The notes below the pieces were generated by a model that was not told the origin of the DNA, searched no databases, and saw only the letters and a list, made by a program, of their open reading frames with translations. The position numbers and the translations under genes are program-made. 64,000 nucleotides of DNA. It comes from Candidatus Poribacteria bacterium (GTDB taxonomy: Bacteria > Poribacteria > WGA-4E > JAJDTR01). The DNA lies in contig JAJDTR010000083.1 of the NCBI GenBank assembly GCA_022827055.1, positions 113-64,112 of the forward strand. Direction: 5' to 3'. Positions 27,973 to 37,735 of this stretch are shown piece by piece (the first letter of the stretch is position 1; every line of letters starts with the position of its first letter).

Positions 27973-28916
27973 AACGTAAATTCGTAAAAGTGGGACGAGA
28001 CGTTTATTCTCATTCCCTAGTCGTAGGCCTCATTGAACGGTATCATGGGATTTCTCAAGACCCTAAGGAAATTATGCGAAGCCTAGTCCGAGGCAGACTT
28101 GATGCGGCTAGGGATTTTGGATGGGGCGGTCCGCCCTTCGACCCACGAGTTCTTGCTTCTACCATGGGGATTCATGCCGAAGGATCTAGAAAGCTGACTC
28201 TTAGCGATGATGCAGAACTGCATCCCACCTCTAATGGAAAGTTAGTAATCAGGTACAATCCCGACAGACCAAAAGCTCGACAAAACTTCTCAATTGCACA
28301 TGAGATTAGCCACACCTTTTTTCCAAACTATCAAGACCAGATTAATGCGCGGTATAGGTTTGAAACATACGATCCTCATAATGAGCTAGAATTGTTGTGC
28401 GATGTTGGAGCAAGCGAGATTATCTTACCTTCGCCTGAGTTTGATTCAGATGTCTCTCAAAAAGGAATTTCACTATCATCGCTTAAGAGCCTCTCGACGC
28501 GCTACGAAGCTTCCCCAGAGGCTACTGCTATTCGAATGATTGGAACAAGCATTTGTCCTTGTGCACTTCTAGTTCTAGATTTCGAGCACAAACCAGTTGA
28601 GTTATCTCAGATTGAAGCGGCAAAGTACCAACTAAGTTTGTTCGATGAGGGCCCTCCGAGGACGCCATCAACGAAACTACGCGTGCAATATTGCGTCTCC
28701 TCGAAGCGGTTCTCGACGTTTATCCCAAAGCATAAGTCAATAGACGAGTCATGTGCCTTATACGATGTATCAGTAAACACAGAAGAATACCGAGGGAACG
28801 TACGTTTTCCTCTAGAATACCAAGAGTTGGAATTCTATGCAGAAGCGATGGCAATCCCTAGTAGGTTCGATTCTGACTTGGGTTCTCGTGTCCTAGCAAT
28901 CCTATTGCTACAATGA
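27969..28916 (+). CDS. ImmA/IrrE family metallopeptidase (CapP-like)
   Basis: RQNFSIAHEISH (HExxH), ELELLCDVGASEIILP, YEASPEATAIR; C-terminal extension; 4-bp overlap with the XRE gene. Confidence 0.88.
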   Translation: MKRKFVKVGRDVYSHSLVVGLIERYHGISQDPKEIMRSLVRGRLDAARDFGWGGPPFDPRVLASTMGIHAEGSRKLTLSDDAELHPTSNGKLVIRYNPDRPKARQNFSIAHEISHTFFPNYQDQINARYRFETYDPHNELELLCDVGASEIILPSPEFDSDVSQKGISLSSLKSLSTRYEASPEATAIRMIGTSICPCALLVLDFEHKPVELSQIEAAKYQLSLFDEGPPRTPSTKLRVQYCVSSKRFSTFIPKHKSIDESCALYDVSVNTEEYRGNVRFPLEYQELEFYAEAMAIPSRFDSDLGSRVLAILLLQ

Positions 28917-29043
28917 TATTATTTCTGCTTAAACTTAAAAGGCACGAAGAGCTGATGCGGCATAATATGAATCCCTGACATGCACTGTTACGCTTGTTAG
29001 CTTGCGGAAATTCCTCACACGATCTCTTGAAGGAGAGCGACGT

Positions 29044-30684
29044 TTGCCAAAAACTCAAACCACCACCGACCCGCCCCAATCAAACATTGAATTTCCCAGC
29101 CCGGAACAGGAAGAATTGGACATCTCTACGCTGGAGACCTGGCTGTGGGATGCCGCCTGCGCAATTCGCGGAGCGACCGACGCATCAAAATTCAAGGATT
29201 TCATCCTGCCTCTAATCTTCTACAAGCGGCTCTCCGATGTGTTCGATGACGAATTTGCCGAGCAGGCGGCGGAATTTGGCGGTGAAGCAACGGCGCGGGA
29301 CATTATCGAAGCCGACCACGAAGACGCGCTCAAGTCGGAGCGCGGCTCGATTGTGCGTTTCTATATCCCGCAAAAGTACAGTTGGAAGCAACTCCGCAAC
29401 CATCCGGCAGACGGCGGTTTGGGTGAGTTCGTCACCGAAGCCATGCGCGAGGTTGCTCGCACGAATCCGCTGCTGCGCGGCGTCCTTGATGTGCGCGACT
29501 TTAACGAGCAGCAGAGCGGGCAGCGCATCCTAGACGACGACCGGCTGGAAGCCCTAATTGAGGTGTTGAGTCGATACCGTCTTGGGTTGAAAAATACTGA
29601 ACCGGACATTCTGGGGCGCGCCTACGAGTACCTGTTGCGGAAATTTGCCGAGGACGGAGGGCAAAGCGCCGGTGAGTTCTATACCCCGAAAGAGGTCGGC
29701 TGGTTAATGGCACGAATCATCAACCCCGAACCGTACACCACCATCTACGATCCGACGTGCGGATCGGGCGGTCTGCTGATTAAACCCCGCCTGCTATTTG
29801 AGGGTGCCCATCCCGACAAAGAGGGTCAAGCCCCGAAAATCTATGGACAGGAGTTGACCGCTACCACCTACGCCATGGCGAAGATGAACGCCTTTCTCCA
29901 CGATTTCATCGGCGCCGAACTACATATCGGTGACACCTTCCGCAATCCTCGGCTTGTTGCCGATGACTCGACGCTACAACGCTTTGATTATGTCCTTGCC
30001 AATCCGATGTGGAATCAGAAGGAGTACGACGAGGCTTTCTACGCTAATGACCGGTGGAGTCGGTTTACTTACGGCGCGCCACCGAGTTCGTCGGCGGATT
30101 GGGCGTGGGTTCAACATATGCTGGCGTCCCTGAAAGCCAATGGACGCGCCACGATTGTGCTGGATACCGGCGCCGTATCCCGCGGTTCCGGCAACAAAAA
30201 CACCAACCGAGAACGGGATATTCGGAAAGGGTTTGTGGAGAATGACTTAATTGAAGGCGTAATACTCCTTCCCGAAAACCTGTTCTATAACACTAGCGCA
30301 CCGGGCATCATTCTGCTTTTGAACCGGGACAAACCGATGGAGCGCAAAGAACAGATTCTGCTCATCAACCTTTCCAAGTATTTCGAGAAACAGACACCCA
30401 AAAACGCCTTGACTGACAAAGGGATTGACACTGCGTCGGATGTCTATCGTGCGTGGGAATCGCGTGAGAAGTTGAGTGCCGTTATCACCCTCGAAGATGC
30501 GCGAAAAACGGATTATAATCTGAGTCCTTCCCAGTTTGTAGATGTAGGAGATAAGGTCGAACACCGCCCAGTGCACGAAATCTTAGCAGACTTAATGGAA
30601 GCGCGAATCTCCCGGGAAAAGACGGATAAACACTTGGAAGACCTTTTAGCCCAACTTAAACTAACTAGTGAGGCATTGGAATGA
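29044..30684 (+). CDS. hsdM: Type I R-M methyltransferase subunit
   Basis: LETWLWDAAC, GEFYTP, DPTCGSGG, ANPMW; probable TTG start at 29044 after AAGGAG. Confidence 0.93.
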   Translation: MPKTQTTTDPPQSNIEFPSPEQEELDISTLETWLWDAACAIRGATDASKFKDFILPLIFYKRLSDVFDDEFAEQAAEFGGEATARDIIEADHEDALKSERGSIVRFYIPQKYSWKQLRNHPADGGLGEFVTEAMREVARTNPLLRGVLDVRDFNEQQSGQRILDDDRLEALIEVLSRYRLGLKNTEPDILGRAYEYLLRKFAEDGGQSAGEFYTPKEVGWLMARIINPEPYTTIYDPTCGSGGLLIKPRLLFEGAHPDKEGQAPKIYGQELTATTYAMAKMNAFLHDFIGAELHIGDTFRNPRLVADDSTLQRFDYVLANPMWNQKEYDEAFYANDRWSRFTYGAPPSSSADWAWVQHMLASLKANGRATIVLDTGAVSRGSGNKNTNRERDIRKGFVENDLIEGVILLPENLFYNTSAPGIILLLNRDKPMERKEQILLINLSKYFEKQTPKNALTDKGIDTASDVYRAWESREKLSAVITLEDARKTDYNLSPSQFVDVGDKVEHRPVHEILADLMEARISREKTDKHLEDLLAQLKLTSEALE

Positions 30685-31940
30685 ACAATCTAAATTTGCC
30701 GGAACACTGGGAAATGCAAAGGTTGGGTGAAGTAGCAGACATCTTCAAGGGGGGAACTCCAAAACGTAGTGTGGAGGAATATTTTCAGGGCGACATTCCT
30801 TGGGCTATTCCCAGTGACATCACGGCTCTGGGGACTGCCTTGTACATTCATGATACGGTCACCCATATCTCGGAGGAAGCGCTCGGAAAAAGCGCCGCCA
30901 GACTCCTACCAGCGGGCACGGTTCTACTAACGAGTCGAGCGACAATTGGTGAGACAGCAATTCCGACGGTTCCGATGGCGACGAATCAAGGATTTGCAAA
31001 CTTCCTCTGCAAAGAAATGCTCTTGAACACTTATCTTGCCTATTATTTAAGATATATCAAACAGAGGCTCAAAGATCTCGCAACTGGCAGCACATTCAAA
31101 GAGATTACAAAAGGAACGCTGCTGAACGTTGAAATCCCGCTTCCCTCACTTCCCGAACAACGCTCCATTGCCGCCGTTCTGGCTGCCATCCAAGAAGCCA
31201 AGTTTGCCCGTCAAAAGGAGATTGCGTTAGAGCGCGAGCGCAAAGCGGCGTTGATGGATGTCCTCTTTTCTCACGGTACGAAGGGTGAACCCCGCAAGCA
31301 GACGGAGATTGGGGAGATTCCTGAGAGTTGGCGTGTGGTGTCATTGGGGGAAGTAACGGATATTTTTAAGGGCGGGACACCAAAACGTAGTGTGGAAAAG
31401 TATTTCCAAGGTAATATTCCTTGGGCAATCCCCACTGATATCACTGCTTTGCGATCTGCCTTGTACATAGAAGACACAGCCACCCATATTTCGGAGGAAG
31501 CACTTGGTAAAAGTGCTGCGAGACTCTTACCAGCGGGTACGGTCCTATTGACGAGTCGAGCGACGATAGGCGAAACTGCGATTCCAACCGTTCCAATGGC
31601 TACAAATCAAGGGTTTGCGAACTTTCTTTGCAAAGGCCAGATATTGAACGTCTATCTTGCCTACTATTTGAGATACGTCAAAAAGCGATTGATAGACCTT
31701 GCGAGCGGTAGCACGTTCAAAGAAGTAACAAAGGGTGCGCTGCTAAAAATAGAGATTCCACTTCCAACACTTTCTGAGCAAGGTGCTATTGCTGAAATCC
31801 TAAAAGCCTTTGACGCCAAGACTGTCTCATATGAACAGGAAACCTGCCGATTGGACGAATTGTTTCACGCCATGCTTGAGGAACTAATGACCGGGAAAAG
31901 ATCTGCCACTCCACTGATTGATGTAGATTTGGCAAACTAA
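30681..31940 (+). CDS. hsdS: Type I R-M specificity subunit with two near-identical TRDs
   Basis: IPLP-x-L-x-EQ conserved regions, TEIGEIPESW linker. Confidence 0.93.
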   Translation: MNNLNLPEHWEMQRLGEVADIFKGGTPKRSVEEYFQGDIPWAIPSDITALGTALYIHDTVTHISEEALGKSAARLLPAGTVLLTSRATIGETAIPTVPMATNQGFANFLCKEMLLNTYLAYYLRYIKQRLKDLATGSTFKEITKGTLLNVEIPLPSLPEQRSIAAVLAAIQEAKFARQKEIALERERKAALMDVLFSHGTKGEPRKQTEIGEIPESWRVVSLGEVTDIFKGGTPKRSVEKYFQGNIPWAIPTDITALRSALYIEDTATHISEEALGKSAARLLPAGTVLLTSRATIGETAIPTVPMATNQGFANFLCKGQILNVYLAYYLRYVKKRLIDLASGSTFKEVTKGALLKIEIPLPTLSEQGAIAEILKAFDAKTVSYEQETCRLDELFHAMLEELMTGKRSATPLIDVDLAN

Positions 31941-31956
31941 GGGACGAAACACCAAA

Positions 31957-32226
31957 ATGGCTGCACCAACTCTTCAATATTCACATGAAATCCTAGGAGT
32001 TCTCGGAAAAGAGGCAGACGAACTTGAGAAGGAAGCGCGTTTGCTACTCGCATTGAAATATTACAAAAACGGGCAACTCAGCAGCGGACTCGCCGCCCAA
32101 CTTGCGGGTATATCGCGGTCCGAGTTTACATACGTTCTTGGGAAGCACGGTCTATCGCCCTTCGGGGAAACACCTGAAGACCTTGAAGAATCGTTGGCAA
32201 ATGCAAGAAATGCCAGTATTGATTGA
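31957..32226 (+). CDS. UPF0175 family putative antitoxin (orphan)
   Basis: LALKYYKNGQLSSGLAAQLAGISRSEF...L...G pattern. Confidence 0.75.
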   Translation: MAAPTLQYSHEILGVLGKEADELEKEARLLLALKYYKNGQLSSGLAAQLAGISRSEFTYVLGKHGLSPFGETPEDLEESLANARNASID

Positions 32227-32255
32227 CATCGTTTACCCTCGCTTCGGAGACAATC

Positions 32256-35126
32256 ATGTCTGAACGCGACGCAGTACAAAATCCCATGCTCAGGTACGCC
32301 GATGAAATCGGCTGGGAGTCTATTTCGGGGTCACAGGCACTACAGATGCGCGGCGGCGATACCAAGCTCTACTTTGCCGACCTGCTGGAATCGCAACTCC
32401 TGAAACTCAACCCGGATGTACTGGATGAGGCGCTTTGCAAGGAAATTCTGCGTCGGTTAAACCTGCTTAATTCGACACGTGAGGGAAACCGGGATGCGCT
32501 GTCGTGGCTGCGAGGCGAGCAATCAATCTTCGTCCCAGACCACGAGCGTGAACGGAATGTCACGTTGATTGATTTCGAAACCCCTGAGGGCAACCTGTTC
32601 CATGTGACCGATGAGTGGTGGCAGAGAAGCGCGGCGCTCCGAAACCGCGCCGATGTGGTGTTCCTGATTAACGGGATTCCGGTGGCGGTGGTGGAAACCA
32701 AAAACCCGCAAAGTCGCGACGGGTTGGAAACGGGGGTAGAACAGATTCGCCGTTACCACCGCGAAACGCCCGAGATGTTTACTACGGCGCAACTGTTCGG
32801 CGTCACACACCTGTTGGATTTTTTCTACGGTGTCACTTGGAACACCAGTCGCAAGAATCTGTTTAACTGGAAAGCCGACGACCCCGCCAACTACGAAGAG
32901 AAGGTCAAGACCTTCTTCGACCCTGCCCGATATTTGAAAACTCTCCGCGAGTCGATTATTTTCCTGAGCAAAGATGATGAACTGACCAAAGTGGTGCTGC
33001 GCCAGCACCAGACCCGCGCCGTGGAGGGTGTGGTTGAAAGGGTTTACGACCCGATTAAGCGGCGCGGCCTAATCTGGCACACGCAAGGCAGCGGCAAGAC
33101 GCTGACAATGATAACCATAGCTTCCCGTCTGTTGCGGAGCGGCGGGGAGACGGAAAAGCCCACTGTTTTGATGCTGGTTGACCGCAACGAGTTGGAGAGC
33201 CAGTTGTTCAAGAATATCACCGCATACGGCATCGGGGCGCCAAAAGTTGCGCAAAGCAAACGCGACCTGCAGTCAATTTTGGCGTCCGGTTATCGCGGCT
33301 TGGTGGTCTCAACCATTCACAAGTTTGACGACATACCGGCAAACATCAACACCAGCGAAAGCGTGACGATACTGGTTGATGAAGCGCACCGCACTACCGG
33401 CGGAGATTTGGGTAACTACCTCGTGGGGGCGCTTCCCAATTCAACCTGCATCGGTTTTACCGGCACGCCGATTGACGATCTCGCTCACGGGAGAGGGACG
33501 TTCAAAGTATTCGGCGCGGATGATGAACAGGGATACCTTGACAAATACGCAATTGCGGAATCCATTGAGGATGGCACCACCGTGCCTTTGAATTATGCGC
33601 TTGCCCCATCCGATTTGCAGGTTGACCGCGAGACCTTGGAGAACGAATTCCTTCAGCTTGCGGCGGCGGAAGGCGTGAGCGACGTGGAAGAACTGAACGC
33701 CATCCTTGACCGCGCAGTCGGGTTGAAGCAGATGATGAAAGCCCGCAACCGAGTTGATGACATTGCCCGGCACGTCGCCAATCACTTCCGCGAGAACGTG
33801 AAACCGATGGGATTCAAGGCGTTCCTCGTTGGCGTAGACCGTGAGGCGTGCGCGTTGTACAAGGAGGCGCTTGACAAGTATCTGCCGCCGGAGTATTCGG
33901 AGGTGGTTTACTCGCCGTACAATCAAGACCCCGAATTTATGAAAGCGCATCACCGCAACGAGGACGAAGAGAGAGAAATTCGCAAGCGATTCGCCGACAA
34001 GGACGACCCGCTAAAGATACTGATAGTAACCGAAAAGTTGCTCACCGGCTTCGACGCGCCGATTCTCTACTGCATGTACCTCGACAAACCGATGCGCGAC
34101 CACGTGCTGCTGCAGGCAATCGCCCGCGTTAACCGACCATATGAGGACAACGACGGACTGGTGAAACCGTACGGGTTTGTTTTGGATTTCGTCGGCATCT
34201 TCGAGAATCTGGAAAAAGCTCTCGCCTTTGATTCCGATGTCGTGGGGAGCGTGATTCAGAATCTGGACGTGCTCAAGGCGCTCTTTGCCGCACGGTTCGA
34301 GGAAACTGCGCCGGACTATCTGCCCTATGCGCGGAGTTGGGACGATAGAGGGAAAGAGCGGGCGATTGACCACTTTGACGACAAGGATACGCGGGAAGCC
34401 TTCTTCAAGTTTTTCAGAGGTATACAGGACCTCTACAACATCCTGTCGCCCGACGAATTTTTACGCTCATATTTGGAAGACTATCAAGCGATCGCGTCGC
34501 TTTACGCGCTAACTCGCAATGCCTACGCCAAGAACCCCTACATTGATAAAGAGTTGGTCAGGAAAACGCGCGAACTGTTACAGGAACATACGGAGGGCGA
34601 TAACTTTGAACTTCCGGGAGCCATTCATGAGTTGAACGCCGATACATTGCGAGAAGTTGCGGACAGTGAGTTTTCCGATGAGGTGAAGGTGTTGAACTTG
34701 CGGAAGATTCTGAGTAAGACCGTCTCGGAGGAAGGTAGTTCCAAGCCGTTCCTGATTTCGATCGGAGAGCGGGCGGACGCGGTCGCGGAGGCTTACGAGA
34801 ATCGGCAAATCACGACGCAGGAGGCTCTGGCTGAATTTGAGAGGTTAGCGGCGGATTGCAACCAAGCGACAATCGAATCCGCGCAACTGAACTTGGACGA
34901 AAAAGCTTATGCGATTTACAAGGCTCTTCAAAAAGTTACAAGAAGCGTCACCCCGGAAGATGCGCGAACCGTCAGCGACGTGTTCGATCAATTTCCGGAC
35001 TATGAGTGGAACGTTCACCAAACCCTACGGCTGCGCACACAACTGTACAAGAGGTTGAGACAGATTGTTCACGAGAAAGATTTAATCGATACAACAAACA
35101 AATTGATGACGGCAAAACGAACATGA
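32256..35126 (+). CDS. hsdR: Type I R-M restriction subunit
   Basis: [49 protein letters not shown]. Confidence 0.95.
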   Translation: MSERDAVQNPMLRYADEIGWESISGSQALQMRGGDTKLYFADLLESQLLKLNPDVLDEALCKEILRRLNLLNSTREGNRDALSWLRGEQSIFVPDHERERNVTLIDFETPEGNLFHVTDEWWQRSAALRNRADVVFLINGIPVAVVETKNPQSRDGLETGVEQIRRYHRETPEMFTTAQLFGVTHLLDFFYGVTWNTSRKNLFNWKADDPANYEEKVKTFFDPARYLKTLRESIIFLSKDDELTKVVLRQHQTRAVEGVVERVYDPIKRRGLIWHTQGSGKTLTMITIASRLLRSGGETEKPTVLMLVDRNELESQLFKNITAYGIGAPKVAQSKRDLQSILASGYRGLVVSTIHKFDDIPANINTSESVTILVDEAHRTTGGDLGNYLVGALPNSTCIGFTGTPIDDLAHGRGTFKVFGADDEQGYLDKYAIAESIEDGTTVPLNYALAPSDLQVDRETLENEFLQLAAAEGVSDVEELNAILDRAVGLKQMMKARNRVDDIARHVANHFRENVKPMGFKAFLVGVDREACALYKEALDKYLPPEYSEVVYSPYNQDPEFMKAHHRNEDEEREIRKRFADKDDPLKILIVTEKLLTGFDAPILYCMYLDKPMRDHVLLQAIARVNRPYEDNDGLVKPYGFVLDFVGIFENLEKALAFDSDVVGSVIQNLDVLKALFAARFEETAPDYLPYARSWDDRGKERAIDHFDDKDTREAFFKFFRGIQDLYNILSPDEFLRSYLEDYQAIASLYALTRNAYAKNPYIDKELVRKTRELLQEHTEGDNFELPGAIHELNADTLREVADSEFSDEVKVLNLRKILSKTVSEEGSSKPFLISIGERADAVAEAYENRQITTQEALAEFERLAADCNQATIESAQLNLDEKAYAIYKALQKVTRSVTPEDARTVSDVFDQFPDYEWNVHQTLRLRTQLYKRLRQIVHEKDLIDTTNKLMTAKRT

Positions 35127-35446
35127 ATCCCGAAAGCAGATGGACTGATTCAGGCGCCTTGAAATATGCAGTGCACCAATGGGCGGAGCGCATGGACGTA
35201 ACGGTGCGGGAAGTTCACCTGCGGGACATGCGGAGGAAGTGGGCATCCATATCCACGAACGGACGATTGACCTTGAGCACGGAGTTGCTCGATCTGCCGA
35301 TGGCGTTGGGGGAGTTTGTGATTGTGCATGAGTTGGTGCATCTCCTCGCTCCGAATCACGGCAGGCTGTTTCGGAGTTTCATGCACGCTTATCTGCCAGA
35401 TTGGGAGGAGCGGCAGCGGGATTTGCAGGCGCTGCCGAATTCGTGA
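35123..35446 (+). CDS. Short M48/YgjP (DUF45) family metalloprotein
   Basis: MRRKWASIS, VIVHELVHL, NHGRLF; follows hsdR with an ATGA overlap. Confidence 0.8.
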   Translation: MNPESRWTDSGALKYAVHQWAERMDVTVREVHLRDMRRKWASISTNGRLTLSTELLDLPMALGEFVIVHELVHLLAPNHGRLFRSFMHAYLPDWEERQRDLQALPNS

Positions 35447-35559
35447 TGCGTTACACGAAATTTGAGCGGTAGAGGTTATGGGTAGTGTCAACCAATGCTA
35501 GGCGAGGGTCGGAGATTCCGTGATGAAAATTATGGCTAAAGCGGGAAACGGAGAACATC

Positions 35560-37614
35560 ATGAGCCAAACAAATGATGCAAAGAAAGATGACAAAAAGAA
35601 AAAAGATGTTACGCCGGACGATGATAAACAAAGAAAAGAGGAGCTTGAGAATAACGTACGGAAAGATGATGTACCTCAACTCGGGCATTTTTTGGATTTT
35701 CACCGTCACTGGCTACAGGGATTGGAATTGTTGAAGTATCAACTTCATCAACTTAAAGAACCCATAAAGAGCAAACCGTATAGACATTTCAATACACTTG
35801 AAATGCGTTATTATGCAAAACTTGAACAATCCCTTCCGAACCTGGAGGAGGAGAATTACTTCCTGACCACAATAGCCAACAACCGCTTTTATGGATTGAG
35901 CAGAGAGTTCACAGTTGTTCCCTACACCATCCCCAAATCACACCTTGGTTTGCGGAAATATAAGTTCATGACTTGCCCCATGCGAATACTTTATTATGCA
36001 ATTGGCGTCTATTTGCTTGAGCTTACTAAGGAGTATCTCCAAGACTATAAGTGTCATAAGCAAATTGATTCTTGGTATGGAGGAGATTTGATATTTGAAG
36101 GCAAAAAACTGGACCTTAGATCCACTAATCGGATCCATTACAAATCGCGCTACAAGACATATCGTCGGCGCATGAGAAGGGAAATCAGACACAACACGGA
36201 GCGTAAGGTTGTAATTCGCTTAGACATAGAGAACTATTTTGATGAACTCAGCATTCCACGACTCTTAGACCTTCTGCAAGAACGAATCAAGCCGAGTATC
36301 CAACGAGAGATGTATTATGACGAAACTACTCAATCCCAACTCGTTTCTTTTTTTGAATTCGTTGCCGGTGGAACGTCGGGTATTCCACAACAGAATAACG
36401 ACGTAATCTCCAGTTTCATTGGTCACCTTTTTCTAGTTTTCGGCGATTCGTTCATTAATGACATACTCCATCAGTATAGCGACTCCGTTGAAAGCTACTC
36501 AATCATTCGCTATGTCGACGATATAAATGTTTCAATCACCTTCAAAAAACAGCCGGGCGAACTGCGCGGCAAACAGAGCCCATTGAGTTTGAGGGATAAA
36601 TTTAATGCGTTTGTACCCCATATCTCGGACAGTCTTTATGAAACCCTGGGACTCCGGCTCAATCCAAAGACAAGAATTTATCGGCTAAGTGAGAAGAATG
36701 ATCGTATAGCACTTGAACGAAGTCTAAAGAAGGTTTCTCAAGAGATTCAAATTCCAGACGATGAAAATCAGGAATCCTCGGATAAGAAAATTAGAAAGAT
36801 ACTTAACGAACTAAGGAAGTTAAAGCGTTCTCCTGTAGCCCCTTATTTTTTGATTCCTCCAAAGTTTGGCGATGAGGAAGTCCTTAAAGAGGCGTACGAT
36901 AATGATGTTCAAACGCGGTTAGTAGAGTCGTACAAAGGGCATTTGAGAAGAATCTTCATTGCACGTGGCGGTTTTGATTTTCAGCTAGTTAACGCAGACC
37001 CAACACCAATTATAATTTTGATATTGGTCTGCGATGATGTAAAAGTCAAGTTCGAGCAATTCCTTTTCTCCAAAACAGAGTTGACTTCAAGGGATATATC
37101 CCTTGTTCTCAGTTATCTTTGTCAAACAGGGTTTACCAAGTTGCCTTTAATTGCTCTTCTCAAACGTTGTCCCCAGATGACTGAAATCATAAAGATTTTT
37201 GAGGAGGGCGAATTGTCGCCAGAATTACCAGGTTATTATGAATTGACGGATGAACGGGCCTCAATTGTCGATCAACCCAATGTCATCGAACAAATCAGAT
37301 TGCGAGTATTGGCGGAGCAAAAAGAGGATTTCTCAGTCGCATTAAATCACCTGCTCAACGAGATACACGCGATCTGTGGCGAATTCGACGACAAGTCGAA
37401 CAACGCACGAAGATATGATGCGGGGAGGGTAAGTGTGTTTCTTAAGCGTAAGAGAATCCCTCATGAAACGTATACGCAAGTACGAAATCTTTTTGACCGC
37501 CGCAATAAGACTCTTGTCTCTCACGCTGACCCAATCGCTTGGGCGGTTACCAAAGATGAATATGAAGGTTATCGCTTTCATGTTGGCGAATGCTTAAAAC
37601 ACATTCTTCCATAG
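35560..37614 (+). CDS. AbiA-type reverse transcriptase-related abortive infection protein (RT plus C-terminal HEPN-like domain)
   Basis: RLDIENYFD, GIPQ, IIRYVDD, LGLRLNPKT RT motifs; C-terminal RRNKTLVSH; AT-rich relative to flanks. Confidence 0.8.
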   Translation: MSQTNDAKKDDKKKKDVTPDDDKQRKEELENNVRKDDVPQLGHFLDFHRHWLQGLELLKYQLHQLKEPIKSKPYRHFNTLEMRYYAKLEQSLPNLEEENYFLTTIANNRFYGLSREFTVVPYTIPKSHLGLRKYKFMTCPMRILYYAIGVYLLELTKEYLQDYKCHKQIDSWYGGDLIFEGKKLDLRSTNRIHYKSRYKTYRRRMRREIRHNTERKVVIRLDIENYFDELSIPRLLDLLQERIKPSIQREMYYDETTQSQLVSFFEFVAGGTSGIPQQNNDVISSFIGHLFLVFGDSFINDILHQYSDSVESYSIIRYVDDINVSITFKKQPGELRGKQSPLSLRDKFNAFVPHISDSLYETLGLRLNPKTRIYRLSEKNDRIALERSLKKVSQEIQIPDDENQESSDKKIRKILNELRKLKRSPVAPYFLIPPKFGDEEVLKEAYDNDVQTRLVESYKGHLRRIFIARGGFDFQLVNADPTPIIILILVCDDVKVKFEQFLFSKTELTSRDISLVLSYLCQTGFTKLPLIALLKRCPQMTEIIKIFEEGELSPELPGYYELTDERASIVDQPNVIEQIRLRVLAEQKEDFSVALNHLLNEIHAICGEFDDKSNNARRYDAGRVSVFLKRKRIPHETYTQVRNLFDRRNKTLVSHADPIAWAVTKDEYEGYRFHVGECLKHILP

Positions 37615-37735
37615 CATCATGGCGCACAGAAATTTTGGTCTTTATGGTACGCAATGCGCCCTACAGGGATTCGGATGAACATTGGTCTATTGGGATAGTC
37701 CCGGTTTCAACGGCAAATAATCTTGGAGAGAATCC

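Noticed and set aside
27559-28916. Prophage or ICE immunity region
   Set aside because: No integrase, excisionase, relaxase, structural genes or att-like repeats nearby
35447-35559. Retron msr-msd upstream of the RT
   Set aside because: Only 113 bp with no flanking inverted repeats seen; the RT lacks the retron NAxxH and VTG motifs
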